From positions 434-64,433 of the forward strand of contig CAZSCV010000006.1 of NCBI GenBank assembly GCA_964605525.1: DNA of 64,000 nucleotides, written 5' to 3'. Source of the stretch: an uncultured Bdellovibrionales bacterium. GTDB lineage: Bacteria > Patescibacteriota > Minisyncoccia > Moranbacterales > UBA9337. A model generated the notes under the pieces. That model saw only the letters and a list, made by a program, of their open reading frames with translations, ran no database searches and was not told where the DNA came from. Shown in pieces: positions 9,402-18,614 of this stretch (its first letter is position 1; each line of letters opens with the position of its first letter). A program made the position numbers and the translations under genes.

Positions 9402-10862
9402 TTATTTTTTGGAATAACCCACAAAAAATCTTATTAGCCCCAAAATAATCCAGAAAAATATTCCCAACAAATTGGTTTCTAAATATGGTTGAAACAAAAA
9501 AACAATCAAATAATTTACTGCTAATGCAATTAATACAAAATCAATCCACTCTTTTTCTTTTTTTTCAACCAAACTTTTCAAAGTCAAAAACACAAACGCA
9601 ATCAACGGTAAAAACAAAATCAATCCACCTTGCAAAAGAATCGCCAAAAGTGAATTATGCACGTTGCGCACTTCAACCAAATCTTGATAATCCCCCAGCT
9701 CCAGTGAAAGCTTTTTCCCCAAACCAATTCCAACCAGCGGATTTTCTCTTATTTTCTCCCCCGCCTCCAACCACAACATTCCCCGCCAAAAAAAACTTTC
9801 ATCTTCCGAAAAACTGGAAAAAGAAGCTGTTCGCTTTCCCAAAACCTCAACGGAATAATCAATTCTCTGATCAATTTTTGAATTGGGAATAATCGCGGAA
9901 AGATAAAAAACAAAAACAATAACCGTCGCCGCACCAAAAATAATTTTCCCGGCATAATTTTTCAAAAATAGCCTTTTTTCTTTTGGCAAGAAAAAAATCG
10001 CAACAAAAGCAGAAAGAGCTAGGCCAATCCAAAGATGGCGCATCATCGATCCAATGATTCCAAAAATCCAAATCGGAAGCAACCAAAAATATTTGCGATA
10101 TTTTTTTGCCAAAGAAAAAACCAAAAATATTCCCAGCGTCAAAACCGCCATTGTCAAATAGAAAGCGTGCGGAAATGCCAACAAGCGAACCCCCTCGGTG
10201 GAAAGCGGAGTAAACTCCGACCACAAACCCTGCCCGGAAATAATTCCATAAATAATAAAAAATATAATACCGATTGCGCCTGCCAAAGCGAATTTCAAAA
10301 ATCTAACCAAATGTTCTTTTTTATTTAGCAAAATAATAACAGCAAAATACAATAGCGCGTAAAACCCATAATTCTTCCAAGCGGAAAAAGCCAAATCTTT
10401 GTCAGAATTCGGATCAAAAAAACTGGCTAGGAAATATATTGAAACCAAAAATATAAAAACAATCAAGAGCCAATCGACCGCTCTTATCCCCCTCTTCCTT
10501 TGGGAGAGGGTTGGGGTGAGGGTTCGTATGGAATGCGTATTTTTTAAATAATTAACCGCTATTCCCAAAATGACAGCCAAAAAAATCACGTCCAGCGGAT
10601 AAAATTTAATTTCACTACGCGACAGTACAATCGGCGCCAAAGTGAAAAATCTTTCAAAGACAAAAGTCAAAAACACAATCGCAAAAAGTCCACTTCGCGG
10701 ATGCGCCGCGACAATCGCAAAACTTGTCAGCATCAAAACCAAATACAAAGGCAAAGAAAATCCAAACGCAAAATTGGAAAAAATAAACAAAGAAACAGCC
10801 ACGATCACAAAAATTGCACTCACCGTTTCTCTATTCATTTTTTGCAACCAGACGTAAGACAT
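9402..10862 (-). CDS. O-antigen ligase/polymerase family (Wzy_C/WaaL-like) membrane protein
   Basis: ~12 TM. WR..LW......I.ENPLVGIGLG and HNS.L.ILLQGG motifs. Confidence 0.85.
   Translation of the reverse strand: MSYVWLQKMNRETVSAIFVIVAVSLFIFSNFAFGFSLPLYLVLMLTSFAIVAAHPRSGLFAIVFLTFVFERFFTLAPIVLSRSEIKFYPLDVIFLAVILGIAVNYLKNTHSIRTLTPTLSQRKRGIRAVDWLLIVFIFLVSIYFLASFFDPNSDKDLAFSAWKNYGFYALLYFAVIILLNKKEHLVRFLKFALAGAIGIIFFIIYGIISGQGLWSEFTPLSTEGVRLLAFPHAFYLTMAVLTLGIFLVFSLAKKYRKYFWLLPIWIFGIIGSMMRHLWIGLALSAFVAIFFLPKEKRLFLKNYAGKIIFGAATVIVFVFYLSAIIPNSKIDQRIDYSVEVLGKRTASFSSFSEDESFFWRGMLWLEAGEKIRENPLVGIGLGKKLSLELGDYQDLVEVRNVHNSLLAILLQGGLILFLPLIAFVFLTLKSLVEKKEKEWIDFVLIALAVNYLIVFLFQPYLETNLLGIFFWIILGLIRFFVGYSKK
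10488..10522 (-). repeat. REP-like palindrome CCCTCACCCCAACCCTCTCCCAAAGGAAGAGGGGG in frame inside the Wzy/WaaL gene
   Basis: GC-rich hairpin unit in an AT-rich CDS, encoding TLTPTLSQRKRG in a loop between TM helices. Confidence 0.75.
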
Positions 10863-10982
10863 AGGAATTAGGAATTAGAAATTTAATACACTGTTATTCT
10901 ACCAATAATTCAATAATAAAACCATCAAATACTCTCAAAATAACTCAATATAATAGTATATCACAAATCAGAAAAAAAATCA

Positions 10983-11012
10983 AGCCCTGATGTGAAATTT
11001 CACACCAGGGCT
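10983..11012 (-). terminator. Intrinsic terminator of the three-gene cassette
   Basis: AGCCCTGGTGTGAAATTTCACATCAGGGCT hairpin followed by TGATTTTTTTT on -. Confidence 0.75.
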
Positions 11013-11040
11013 CGCCATCGGCAGCTGCCGAAGAAACATG

Positions 11041-11418
11041 TTATTTTTTGCGGACAATAATACATCCGCGAGAATCCGAGCATTCCGGTCTCAAACCCTC
11101 AAACTTGGAATACGGGTCGACAAGAAAATACCATGTCCCCTCCTTATCCTTCCAGGTATAGAGGAATCCCTCATCCGGATTTGCCGGGTCCAGCTTGAAT
11201 GAGTGGACAGGACCGAGGTCTGTGTTCCTCGTTCCCTTCCCGTCGCGGTGATACACCACGACATTCAAGAGCTCAGTCCCTGCCGGCATGGGCGGAATTG
11301 TCACCTCATCCCCCACGCAACTCGGCACGGCATTCACCCACTTGGGAGCCGCCTGCGCGATCCCTATCAGACAAAAAAACACTGCCACTGCCACGAAAAA
11401 ACCGATTGTCTTTTTCAT
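11041..11418 (-). CDS. Small secreted protein of unknown function (125 aa)
   Basis: GGAGGA SD upstream of ATG 11418. Signal peptide MKKTIGFFVAVAVFFCLIGIAQA. Confidence 0.8.
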   Translation of the reverse strand: MKKTIGFFVAVAVFFCLIGIAQAAPKWVNAVPSCVGDEVTIPPMPAGTELLNVVVYHRDGKGTRNTDLGPVHSFKLDPANPDEGFLYTWKDKEGTWYFLVDPYSKFEGLRPECSDSRGCIIVRKK

Positions 11419-11594
11419 GATGCTTCCTCCTGTTGTTTGCCGACATATTATAGTCGGTTTTTTTGTTGAAAAAATTCTTTTCCCACAACCCAATGTTGCG
11501 GAAAAGTTCGTTCTTTCAAAATAAAAATAGAGATAAGTGGATCCTTCAATGAAGGACCCACCCATAAATAATTCTGCTCAATAATCAAACAGAA

Positions 11595-13154
11595 TCAATA
11601 TTGCAATAACTGATGATCGGCCGGTTTGACTTCTTCCGTCCTGATCACAGAATATTTTTTACGAACCTCGTGTTTCAATTCGAAACGAACGAAGGCTCCG
11701 TACGAATATCCACCAGCAGCACCTGCAACTGCCGATGCCAACGTATAATCAAAACTTGGACCAAACATCAACCACTCGCGATATCTGGCCTCCGCATTCA
11801 GATTCAGTCCCCAGCGATCTTCGTGAGGAGCAAATCCAATCTGCGCGCCAAGTCTCCCCGCCCAGTCCTCGGAAAAATACTTGTGAATTTTCGCTCCGAT
11901 AACAAATCCAGCGCGATCACTCACTTCATCTCCACTCCAACTGGAATTGATGGACCCGCTTACGTCAAACCATCCCTCCGCGTACAACACCGCCATAAGT
12001 TCAGGCGCAAATTGACGGAGATATTCGGCGTAATACCCCAAGAGAAAATGATCTTCGTCTTTGTGATAACCTGACGAAGAATTTTCCCCGTGCAAATGTT
12101 CCCAAAGCGTGCGGAACATAAACTGCACTTGATGGGGATATCCATTATCAGCAAGCCCGGTCCAAATAAAACCGATTTCTGGACCAATTCCCGCACTGTT
12201 CCACTCATAGCCGGCATCTGTTTCACCAAAGTCGCCCTTAGCAAAAACACCGACCTTCGGCACTAATGTGCCCCCAAAGATGTTGATGTTTCCATTCTCA
12301 CATCTTTGAAGAGTCAGGAGATACTGCGCGTACCACCAAAGGCCATGCACATCCCTCTCCTTATTCTGCCACGCGCCCATACCAGCATCTACTTCATGCT
12401 CGCACTGGACGCACTCCTTTTCTTCCACGACTTCTCTGAAAATCGGCGGGAGTTCCGGCGGAGTTTCCGGAATCACTTCCGGCACCACTGGAGCAGGCGG
12501 AATTTCCACTTTTTTAACCGGAACGGGAGGCTTCTCCCAAATGAGCCAGTTGGCGCACTCAGGTTTTGCATAAACGGATCCCACATAGCTTCCGTTTACT
12601 ATAATACCAAATCTTCCCACTTTCGCCTTTTCCGGCGAAAGCTCGGCTCGGTACCATTTCACCTTATTTTTTCCCGACACCATCTTAATGACGGCGCCGG
12701 AAGGCAAAATATCCATTCCCTCGCTGGCAAAATTCAGCCGGGCATCTTTTGGAATATCAAATCCCAAAAGTTTCAAACCTTCGACGAAAGTTCCCCTCCA
12801 AGGATCATCCCCGACCTCATCGTCGGAGTAAACTGCAGGATTTTCCTTAGTGCCAGTTACCACCTTTTTCGTGATAACAGAAAAAGTCTTTTTCGCCCTT
12901 TTGGTTATTTTGGGCGTAATCAACTTTTGTTGATTAGAAATTTTTTCAGGAATGATCACATTCTGTCCGACACGAATCGTGTACGGGGCAGAAATCTTAT
13001 TTTCCTCAGCGATGTTATGCCAGTCAACTCCCAGTTTAACGCCGATAGTTGAAAGACACTCACCCTTTGCGACCGTATGTGTCTGATCTGCCCAAGCGCT
13101 TGTTGCACACAAGGCAATCAGAAGCATTACCCATAAACCAACAATCCGCTTCAT
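11595..13154 (-). CDS. Secreted LysM-domain protein with Pro-rich linker and predicted C-terminal beta-barrel
   Basis: Signal peptide ..SAWA. LysM HTVAKGECLSTIG...IAEENKI.APYTIRVGQNVIIP. PPAPVVPEVIPETPPELPP linker. About 12 amphipathic, aromatic/Gly-rich strands. AGGAGG SD overlaps the end of the upstream gene. Confidence 0.8.
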   Translation of the reverse strand: MKRIVGLWVMLLIALCATSAWADQTHTVAKGECLSTIGVKLGVDWHNIAEENKISAPYTIRVGQNVIIPEKISNQQKLITPKITKRAKKTFSVITKKVVTGTKENPAVYSDDEVGDDPWRGTFVEGLKLLGFDIPKDARLNFASEGMDILPSGAVIKMVSGKNKVKWYRAELSPEKAKVGRFGIIVNGSYVGSVYAKPECANWLIWEKPPVPVKKVEIPPAPVVPEVIPETPPELPPIFREVVEEKECVQCEHEVDAGMGAWQNKERDVHGLWWYAQYLLTLQRCENGNINIFGGTLVPKVGVFAKGDFGETDAGYEWNSAGIGPEIGFIWTGLADNGYPHQVQFMFRTLWEHLHGENSSSGYHKDEDHFLLGYYAEYLRQFAPELMAVLYAEGWFDVSGSINSSWSGDEVSDRAGFVIGAKIHKYFSEDWAGRLGAQIGFAPHEDRWGLNLNAEARYREWLMFGPSFDYTLASAVAGAAGGYSYGAFVRFELKHEVRKKYSVIRTEEVKPADHQLLQY

Positions 13155-13156
13155 AA

Positions 13157-14098
13157 CTACCTCCTTGGCGCGCTCAGCGCCTCTGTGAGTTGTTTCGCAT
13201 TGAATTGATTTCTTTTATAAACTTCATTTTGAGCAAGGATCAAAAGATATTCCATAGTGAACGCCATATTGCGACGATTCGGAATCTCAGAATTATAATC
13301 CCAACCGGTACTCGGGGCATTACCTGCTCCAATCAAATCCATCGCCACATTAATGGAATTGCAAATCGCAAATCCGGTCGGATCCGGGATAGGATTGATA
13401 CGGAACGTCCCCGTCCCAATAAGCTTCTGAAAATAGCTGTATTGCGGATTAATTCCGCGGATTTTCGCTACTTCATTCACTCCACAGGGAGACAAAAGAT
13501 ATCCTTCTGGATATTGAATTTGATTCCAAGTCTTAATGACATATTGAAACTTCTCAATCCGGGAAAGCGAACTCAGATTAAAAATGTTGCCATTTTCATC
13601 CGTGTTCACTTCTCTTATTTTTTCTTTCCGATACGCGGGATCAGCAAGAAACTTTCCCCGCTCTACGGGCAATTCTCTTCCGTATGGGCTGTAAATATAA
13701 TCCACAGCTGAAGAAAGAATCGCCGTCTGTCCGGAAGAAATTTGACCATCGATAACTTCCGTTCCGAAATACTGTCCCGAAGGATGCATTCCGGAAAAAA
13801 TCACTTGACCAAATCTCTCAGAATTATCATCCAAAATTGTCCACGTATTCCAACGCAGACGCCCTGGATAATATTCCCCAAACAGCTTAAGTGGAAAAAC
13901 TACCATAAAAGTAGAAATATCCCCTTTACTAATTGCCAGAGTCGGCTCCAACCCCAAAGACTGATGAGGCTGAACCAAAAGATTAACTTGATTTTCAGGC
14001 AAAGAAGCATTCTCCACCCGAAGCTCTTTTCCAGCGCACCCCGAAAGAAGCGCTACGACAAAAAATATAACAGTAAGACTTCTCAGAAAATTTTTCAT
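13157..14098 (-). CDS. Lipoprotein of unknown function (313 aa)
   Basis: GGGAGG SD before ATG 14098. Lipobox LLSGC. Confidence 0.8.
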   Translation of the reverse strand: MKNFLRSLTVIFFVVALLSGCAGKELRVENASLPENQVNLLVQPHQSLGLEPTLAISKGDISTFMVVFPLKLFGEYYPGRLRWNTWTILDDNSERFGQVIFSGMHPSGQYFGTEVIDGQISSGQTAILSSAVDYIYSPYGRELPVERGKFLADPAYRKEKIREVNTDENGNIFNLSSLSRIEKFQYVIKTWNQIQYPEGYLLSPCGVNEVAKIRGINPQYSYFQKLIGTGTFRINPIPDPTGFAICNSINVAMDLIGAGNAPSTGWDYNSEIPNRRNMAFTMEYLLILAQNEVYKRNQFNAKQLTEALSAPRR

Positions 14099-14167
14099 CA
14101 CGCACCTCCCGATGCAGTTTTTTGATTTGGAATAATATTGGGAATTAACTTCCCATATATATCTCAT

Positions 14168-14195
14168 CATTACCATATTACGAAATATGGTAATG
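14168..14195. promoter_or_regulatory. Perfect 12-bp inverted repeat over the predicted transcription start (operator candidate)
   Basis: CATTACCATATT-acga-AATATGGTAATG immediately downstream of the -10 box. Confidence 0.7.
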
Positions 14196-14224
14196 TTTAT
14201 ATTGATTACCTATTAAATTGTCAA
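14196..14224 (-). promoter_or_regulatory. sigma70-like promoter of the lipoprotein-LysM cassette
   Basis: TTGACA-N17-TATAAA on -. Confidence 0.75.
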
Positions 14225-14412
14225 GGCAACTTATTTTATTACACATTTTCTCACGACCGTGAGTTAATGTGTGAAAAAAATATATCCAACGCTTGGGACT
14301 TCCAAGCGGAAGAGTGAGTTTTGGAAGAATACGTTTTGAAAAAACATACCGATCTCCAAACAACTCACCACTTCCACCAAGAATTATATTTATTGTTTCA
14401 TGTTTTATATCT

Positions 14413-14458
14413 GTCTTACGTCCTACATTTTACGTCTTATGTCTTACGTCTTACGTCT
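14413..14458. repeat. Degenerate GTCTTAC heptamer array
   Basis: gtcttac gtcctac attttac gtcttat gtcttac gtcttac gtct. Confidence 0.85.
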
Positions 14459-14461
14459 ATC

Positions 14462-15118
14462 CTAAAGTTCATTCAAACTTTCCAAATATTCCTTTTCTTC
14501 CCGTGGCAATCCCATTGTTGCAAAATAATACGCCCACATCGCGCTTAAAATCACGCCAACCAAAAATCCTCCAACCACGACAGCAACTATTTCTTTGACG
14601 CTCGGATTCTTTTCCCAAATCGGTCCCGTCAAAATTTGCACATGCAAATCCGCCTTGTCTTGCAAAACACTTCCCCCATTTTCCATTACTTTTGCAATCG
14701 CGTTGGAAATTTGCACTGCCTCTTTTTGGCTATTGGCAAAAACTTCAAAACTCACGATTCCATATTGAAACTTTCCGCCTACTTTTACCATTTGCCCCCA
14801 CTCTTGCAATCTTTCCTTTCGATCAAAAGGAAGAAATTCAGAGTTCACCTCTCCGGTTTTGACAACTTGATCAATGAAAAGCTCGCTATACACAACTTCC
14901 CCCAAAACTCGGTTCACATATTCAGCTGATTTGAACACGGAATAAAAATCTTTTGAGTCCTCCCCGCCGGTCGGCACTACCAAATAATCAGTAGAAGCCT
15001 TGAAACTTTTTTGACTTACTACCAAAAAAAGAAACGACAAGGCCGCCACCAAAAATCCAAAAAGCAACAGCGTTCCGATTTTTTGCCTATTTTTAGCCTT
15101 TATTTCCCAATTAGACAT
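14462..15118 (-). CDS. Wzz/CpsC-like polysaccharide chain-length determinant
   Basis: Two terminal TM helices flanking an extracellular loop. ..P......VVVGGFLVG C-terminal motif. Confidence 0.7.
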   Translation of the reverse strand: MSNWEIKAKNRQKIGTLLLFGFLVAALSFLFLVVSQKSFKASTDYLVVPTGGEDSKDFYSVFKSAEYVNRVLGEVVYSELFIDQVVKTGEVNSEFLPFDRKERLQEWGQMVKVGGKFQYGIVSFEVFANSQKEAVQISNAIAKVMENGGSVLQDKADLHVQILTGPIWEKNPSVKEIVAVVVGGFLVGVILSAMWAYYFATMGLPREEKEYLESLNEL

Positions 15119-15243
15119 ATCATTATTCCATTTATTATTAATATGAGATTGTAGCAAATAATTCCGTTTCTGTCAAGCGGAAATTTTATCGAAAAATCCT
15201 CCCTCTGGTTTACTTATTGCCCAAAACAATATATATTTTACTT

Positions 15244-17040
15244 ATGGAAAATAATAATAAAAACACATCGCCGCTGTCAGACCGCAAAATATTCTCCCGT
15301 TTTTTTCTATTCTGGCTTGGATTGGGATGGATGGCATTTTTTTTAGCGCTATTTGGATTTTTTTATGAATATTTCTTTGAGGCATATCTCATCTTCGGTA
15401 TCTCTTTTCTTTTACGATTGCTCCTCAAAAAACGCTTTCACCTTTCGCGGGAAATGATTGCAATTCTTGCAATATCCCTGCTTGCCTCGATATTTTTTAC
15501 CGTTCCATCTGTTCCCACAATTTTTTCCGGACGCGACCAGGGGTCAATCAGTGAAGCTGCCATCCGTTTGGCGCAAAACCACCAGCTGGAATTTTCCACT
15601 CCCGCCAGCCAAGAATTTTTCAAAATCTACGGACCAGGCAAGGCGCTCAATTTTCCCGGATTCTATTACACCGATTCAGGAAATCTCATCACTCAATTTC
15701 CTCTGGCTTATATCAGCTGGCTGGCGGTTTTCTTTTCCCTATTCGGACTGGCAGGATTGACAATCGCCAATGCGCTTCTTTTTATTCTTTTTTTGACTTC
15801 ATTCTATTTGCTTTGGCGAATATTTGTTCCCTGGAGATGCGCCGCCATCGGGATGCTTCTTCTTTTGACCAGTTTTTCCTTCTCTTGGATTGCAAAATTC
15901 ACCCTCACTGAAAATATGGCGCTGGCGCTTCTTTGGTTTTCAATTCTAAGCTTGATTTCTTTTCTGCAAAAAAATGAAAAAATGGCTTATTGGTCATTTT
16001 TCCTTTCTTCCGCTCTTCTGATTTTCGTTCGCATTGAGGGAATAATCTTTTTCGCTTTTTCTTTTTTAGCCATTCTTTTTTCTCTTCCAACTCGCGAATA
16101 TCTCAAAAAAAATATTTTCAAATTATTTATTTTGTCCGTTATTTTTTTGGCCGCTATTTTTTTCATAAATTTCAGCATCAGTCTTGGATTTTACAAAGAA
16201 ATCGGAAAAGCCCTGTTTAATTCAACAGGGAATGGAATTATCGATATTGATACATCAATAAATCTTTGGGGAAAATATATTTATCCCGCCCTTTATATAC
16301 TCAAAATATATCTACTCTACGGATTGCTGGGATTTTTTGCCACAGGAATTGCGGGAATTATTTATTTCATCAAACAAAAAAAATATTTAATTCTCACGCC
16401 TCTACTAGTAGTCCTTCCTTCTTTTATTTATCTCATTGATTCCAATATTTCCGCCGACCATCCCTGGATGCTCCGCCGTTTTGTTTTTTCCATCCTGCCA
16501 GCCTTTATTTTTTACGCGGTTATTTTTCTCAGCCAACTCCGCGCAAATTCCAAAAAAGGCATTCGCAGTCTTGCGCTAATAATTGCATTCGTTCTCCTCT
16601 GCGGAAATATTCCCGCTTTCGCGCTGCACATTGATTTTCCTGAAAACAAAAATTTACTTGGGGAAACCGAAACAGTCAGCCAAAGCTTTTCTTCTACTGA
16701 TTTGATTTTGATTGACCGCCTAGCAAGTGGCGACGGCTGGGCAATGATTAGCGGACCAATGAACTTTATCTCCGGAAAAAATTCCATCTACTTTTTCAAC
16801 CCGCAAGACTTCGACAAGCTTAATTTGGAAAAATTTGATAGAATATATTTAATAGTCCCGGAAGAAAGCATTGATTTTTGGAAGCAAAGCGTTTTGTACC
16901 CAAGAATGCATTTTTGGAAAAATTATTCCCTGCAAACGCAAAGATTAGAAAATAATGAAGATGCTAAGAATTTGAAATTGAAATTTGCAAGTAAAAAATA
17001 TAAAACTGTTTCCGGCGCAATATTTGAGATTGAGAAATAA
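15244..17040 (+). CDS. Polytopic GT-C-type glycosyltransferase-like membrane protein
   Basis: >12 TM, GRDQG loop motif, QFP, LTEN, RIEG, HPWMLRRF. Located in the glycan locus. Confidence 0.7.
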   Translation: MENNNKNTSPLSDRKIFSRFFLFWLGLGWMAFFLALFGFFYEYFFEAYLIFGISFLLRLLLKKRFHLSREMIAILAISLLASIFFTVPSVPTIFSGRDQGSISEAAIRLAQNHQLEFSTPASQEFFKIYGPGKALNFPGFYYTDSGNLITQFPLAYISWLAVFFSLFGLAGLTIANALLFILFLTSFYLLWRIFVPWRCAAIGMLLLLTSFSFSWIAKFTLTENMALALLWFSILSLISFLQKNEKMAYWSFFLSSALLIFVRIEGIIFFAFSFLAILFSLPTREYLKKNIFKLFILSVIFLAAIFFINFSISLGFYKEIGKALFNSTGNGIIDIDTSINLWGKYIYPALYILKIYLLYGLLGFFATGIAGIIYFIKQKKYLILTPLLVVLPSFIYLIDSNISADHPWMLRRFVFSILPAFIFYAVIFLSQLRANSKKGIRSLALIIAFVLLCGNIPAFALHIDFPENKNLLGETETVSQSFSSTDLILIDRLASGDGWAMISGPMNFISGKNSIYFFNPQDFDKLNLEKFDRIYLIVPEESIDFWKQSVLYPRMHFWKNYSLQTQRLENNEDAKNLKLKFASKKYKTVSGAIFEIEK

Positions 17041-17103
17041 TATTAAACAATTTTTATAATAATCAGAATAAAATATAATTTTTTATTCTAACTATAAGTC
17101 TAT

Positions 17104-18063
17104 ATGCAAGAATTACCGAAAAATTGGCAAAAAGCATATTGGATTTCCAGAGTAATTCTGGCAGTTGCTTTTTTACTTGCCGGAATGTATTTGTCATACC
17201 GCATCCTCCTACCTTCCAATAAATTCCTTTACCTTTATTCAAACCCCGCAAGCATTCAAAATAATCTTTCCGCTACGCCACAAAAAAACAATCTTCCGCT
17301 ACTATACGCCACGACAATTGATGATTTTTCCAGAATTTCCTCCGAAATTTCTCTTAAAAATAAAACTGAGGATTTTGATCTGTCGGGAAAAATTTCCGTA
17401 CGCAAATCATATCAGGCGTTCTTTTATCCTCAAGGGGAGGACATTACCGTTCCACTGGAGCAATCAGGATTTAATACGGAAGATGGAAAATTAATCTCAT
17501 CTCCGGAAGCGGTGTATGTCCTGGCGGGAAATCAAAAATTTCCGCTTGACAATCCGATTACATTTGAATCGCTGGGATACGACTGGAATAAAGTTTTTCC
17601 GCTTGATGAAGAAACGCTGTCTCAATATGAAAAAGGAAAACTGCTCAATATCCGCTCTCCGCATCCCGATGGAACGATTTTTCGCACCATAGATACGAAT
17701 AAATATTTTTATATTTCCAATGGAGAGAAAAGAGAAATAAAAGGATCGCAAGAATTAATCGCATCCTACACAAAAGACAAATCAATTGTTTCCGTCTCTG
17801 AAAAATCACTGTCTGATTATCAAAAATGTTCTCTTGAAAAAACCGGCTTCTTTTTCACCTCCTACAGCTGTCTGATTGACGCCTCTTTCTTAACAGAATA
17901 TCCGGGAAAAAATTATGAATTTTCTGTCGAAACAAAATCATCCCAAGTCCAATATATAAACGACATTCAGATAGAATTCAAAAGGGATATTACTTGGAAA
18001 AACATCCGCTCCTCTTTGTCATTGATCAAAAGTAGAATAATCCTCAAATATTCCAAAAAATAA
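17104..18063 (+). CDS. Membrane-anchored extracytoplasmic hypothetical protein
   Basis: N-terminal TM. Repeated DG.L/IF...VY/YF.I..G.KR/F motif. Stop overlaps the next start. Confidence 0.75.
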   Translation: MQELPKNWQKAYWISRVILAVAFLLAGMYLSYRILLPSNKFLYLYSNPASIQNNLSATPQKNNLPLLYATTIDDFSRISSEISLKNKTEDFDLSGKISVRKSYQAFFYPQGEDITVPLEQSGFNTEDGKLISSPEAVYVLAGNQKFPLDNPITFESLGYDWNKVFPLDEETLSQYEKGKLLNIRSPHPDGTIFRTIDTNKYFYISNGEKREIKGSQELIASYTKDKSIVSVSEKSLSDYQKCSLEKTGFFFTSYSCLIDASFLTEYPGKNYEFSVETKSSQVQYINDIQIEFKRDITWKNIRSSLSLIKSRIILKYSKK

Positions 18064-18461
18064 TGAAAATACTTTCTGATAAAAATTTAACCATATTGCT
18101 GTCAAAACTTTCAGGGGATTTTCTGGTTCTTTTTATGTTTGCCTATGGAGCAATTCTGCTGGCGGAAGCAATTCTGCCGGGAATCGTTTCAAATCGCTTG
18201 AGCATGCTCACCCTCACATGGATACTGTCCGGCGCGTTGGTATTATCCGCGTATTTGGCAAAAAAATCGAAAATTGATATGCCTGCCGAAAAAAATATTA
18301 CCGCAAAAAAAAGCGCTCCTTTTTGGATGCTTCTGGTTTTTGCGGCAACAATAATCATCCTTTCTCTTTTTGGATTTTCCGTTTGGGAAATCACACTCAT
18401 AACAGCAATTTCTCTGGCCATCATTTTCTATGCCAAAAAAGAGTTTGCCCGAGATATATAA
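18063..18461 (+). CDS. Hypothetical 4-TM membrane protein
   Basis: TAATG overlap with the upstream gene; hydrophobic. Confidence 0.75.
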   Translation: MKILSDKNLTILLSKLSGDFLVLFMFAYGAILLAEAILPGIVSNRLSMLTLTWILSGALVLSAYLAKKSKIDMPAEKNITAKKSAPFWMLLVFAATIIILSLFGFSVWEITLITAISLAIIFYAKKEFARDI

Positions 18462-18485
18462 AACCTGCATAATTAAATGACAAGA

Positions 18486-18598
18486 CTCCCGGTTTTCTGA
18501 AAAAATGTTTTTTTCGCAGCTGTCCGCGTCCCTCGAAAGGACCGGAGAAAAAAATACTTTTTCGGAAAACCATACGAAAATTACCTGGATACGCAAGT
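18486..18598. repeat. ~110-bp structured dispersed repeat, copy 2
   Basis: Stem 18491-18571, with mostly stem-preserving changes relative to copy 1. Confidence 0.9.
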
Positions 18599-18614
18599 TG
18601 TGATGCTAACAAAT

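Noticed and set aside
9185-9437. Short ORFs at 9185-9437 and 18243-18660 with similar peptides, and the N-terminal extension of the 7990 ORF
   Set aside because: The similarity comes from the 110-bp hairpin repeat read in several frames, not from genes.
12306-13711. Long + strand ORFs (248 and 173 aa)
   Set aside because: Antisense shadows of the real - strand genes, with no recognisable motifs. The same applies to most other short opposite-strand ORFs in the track.
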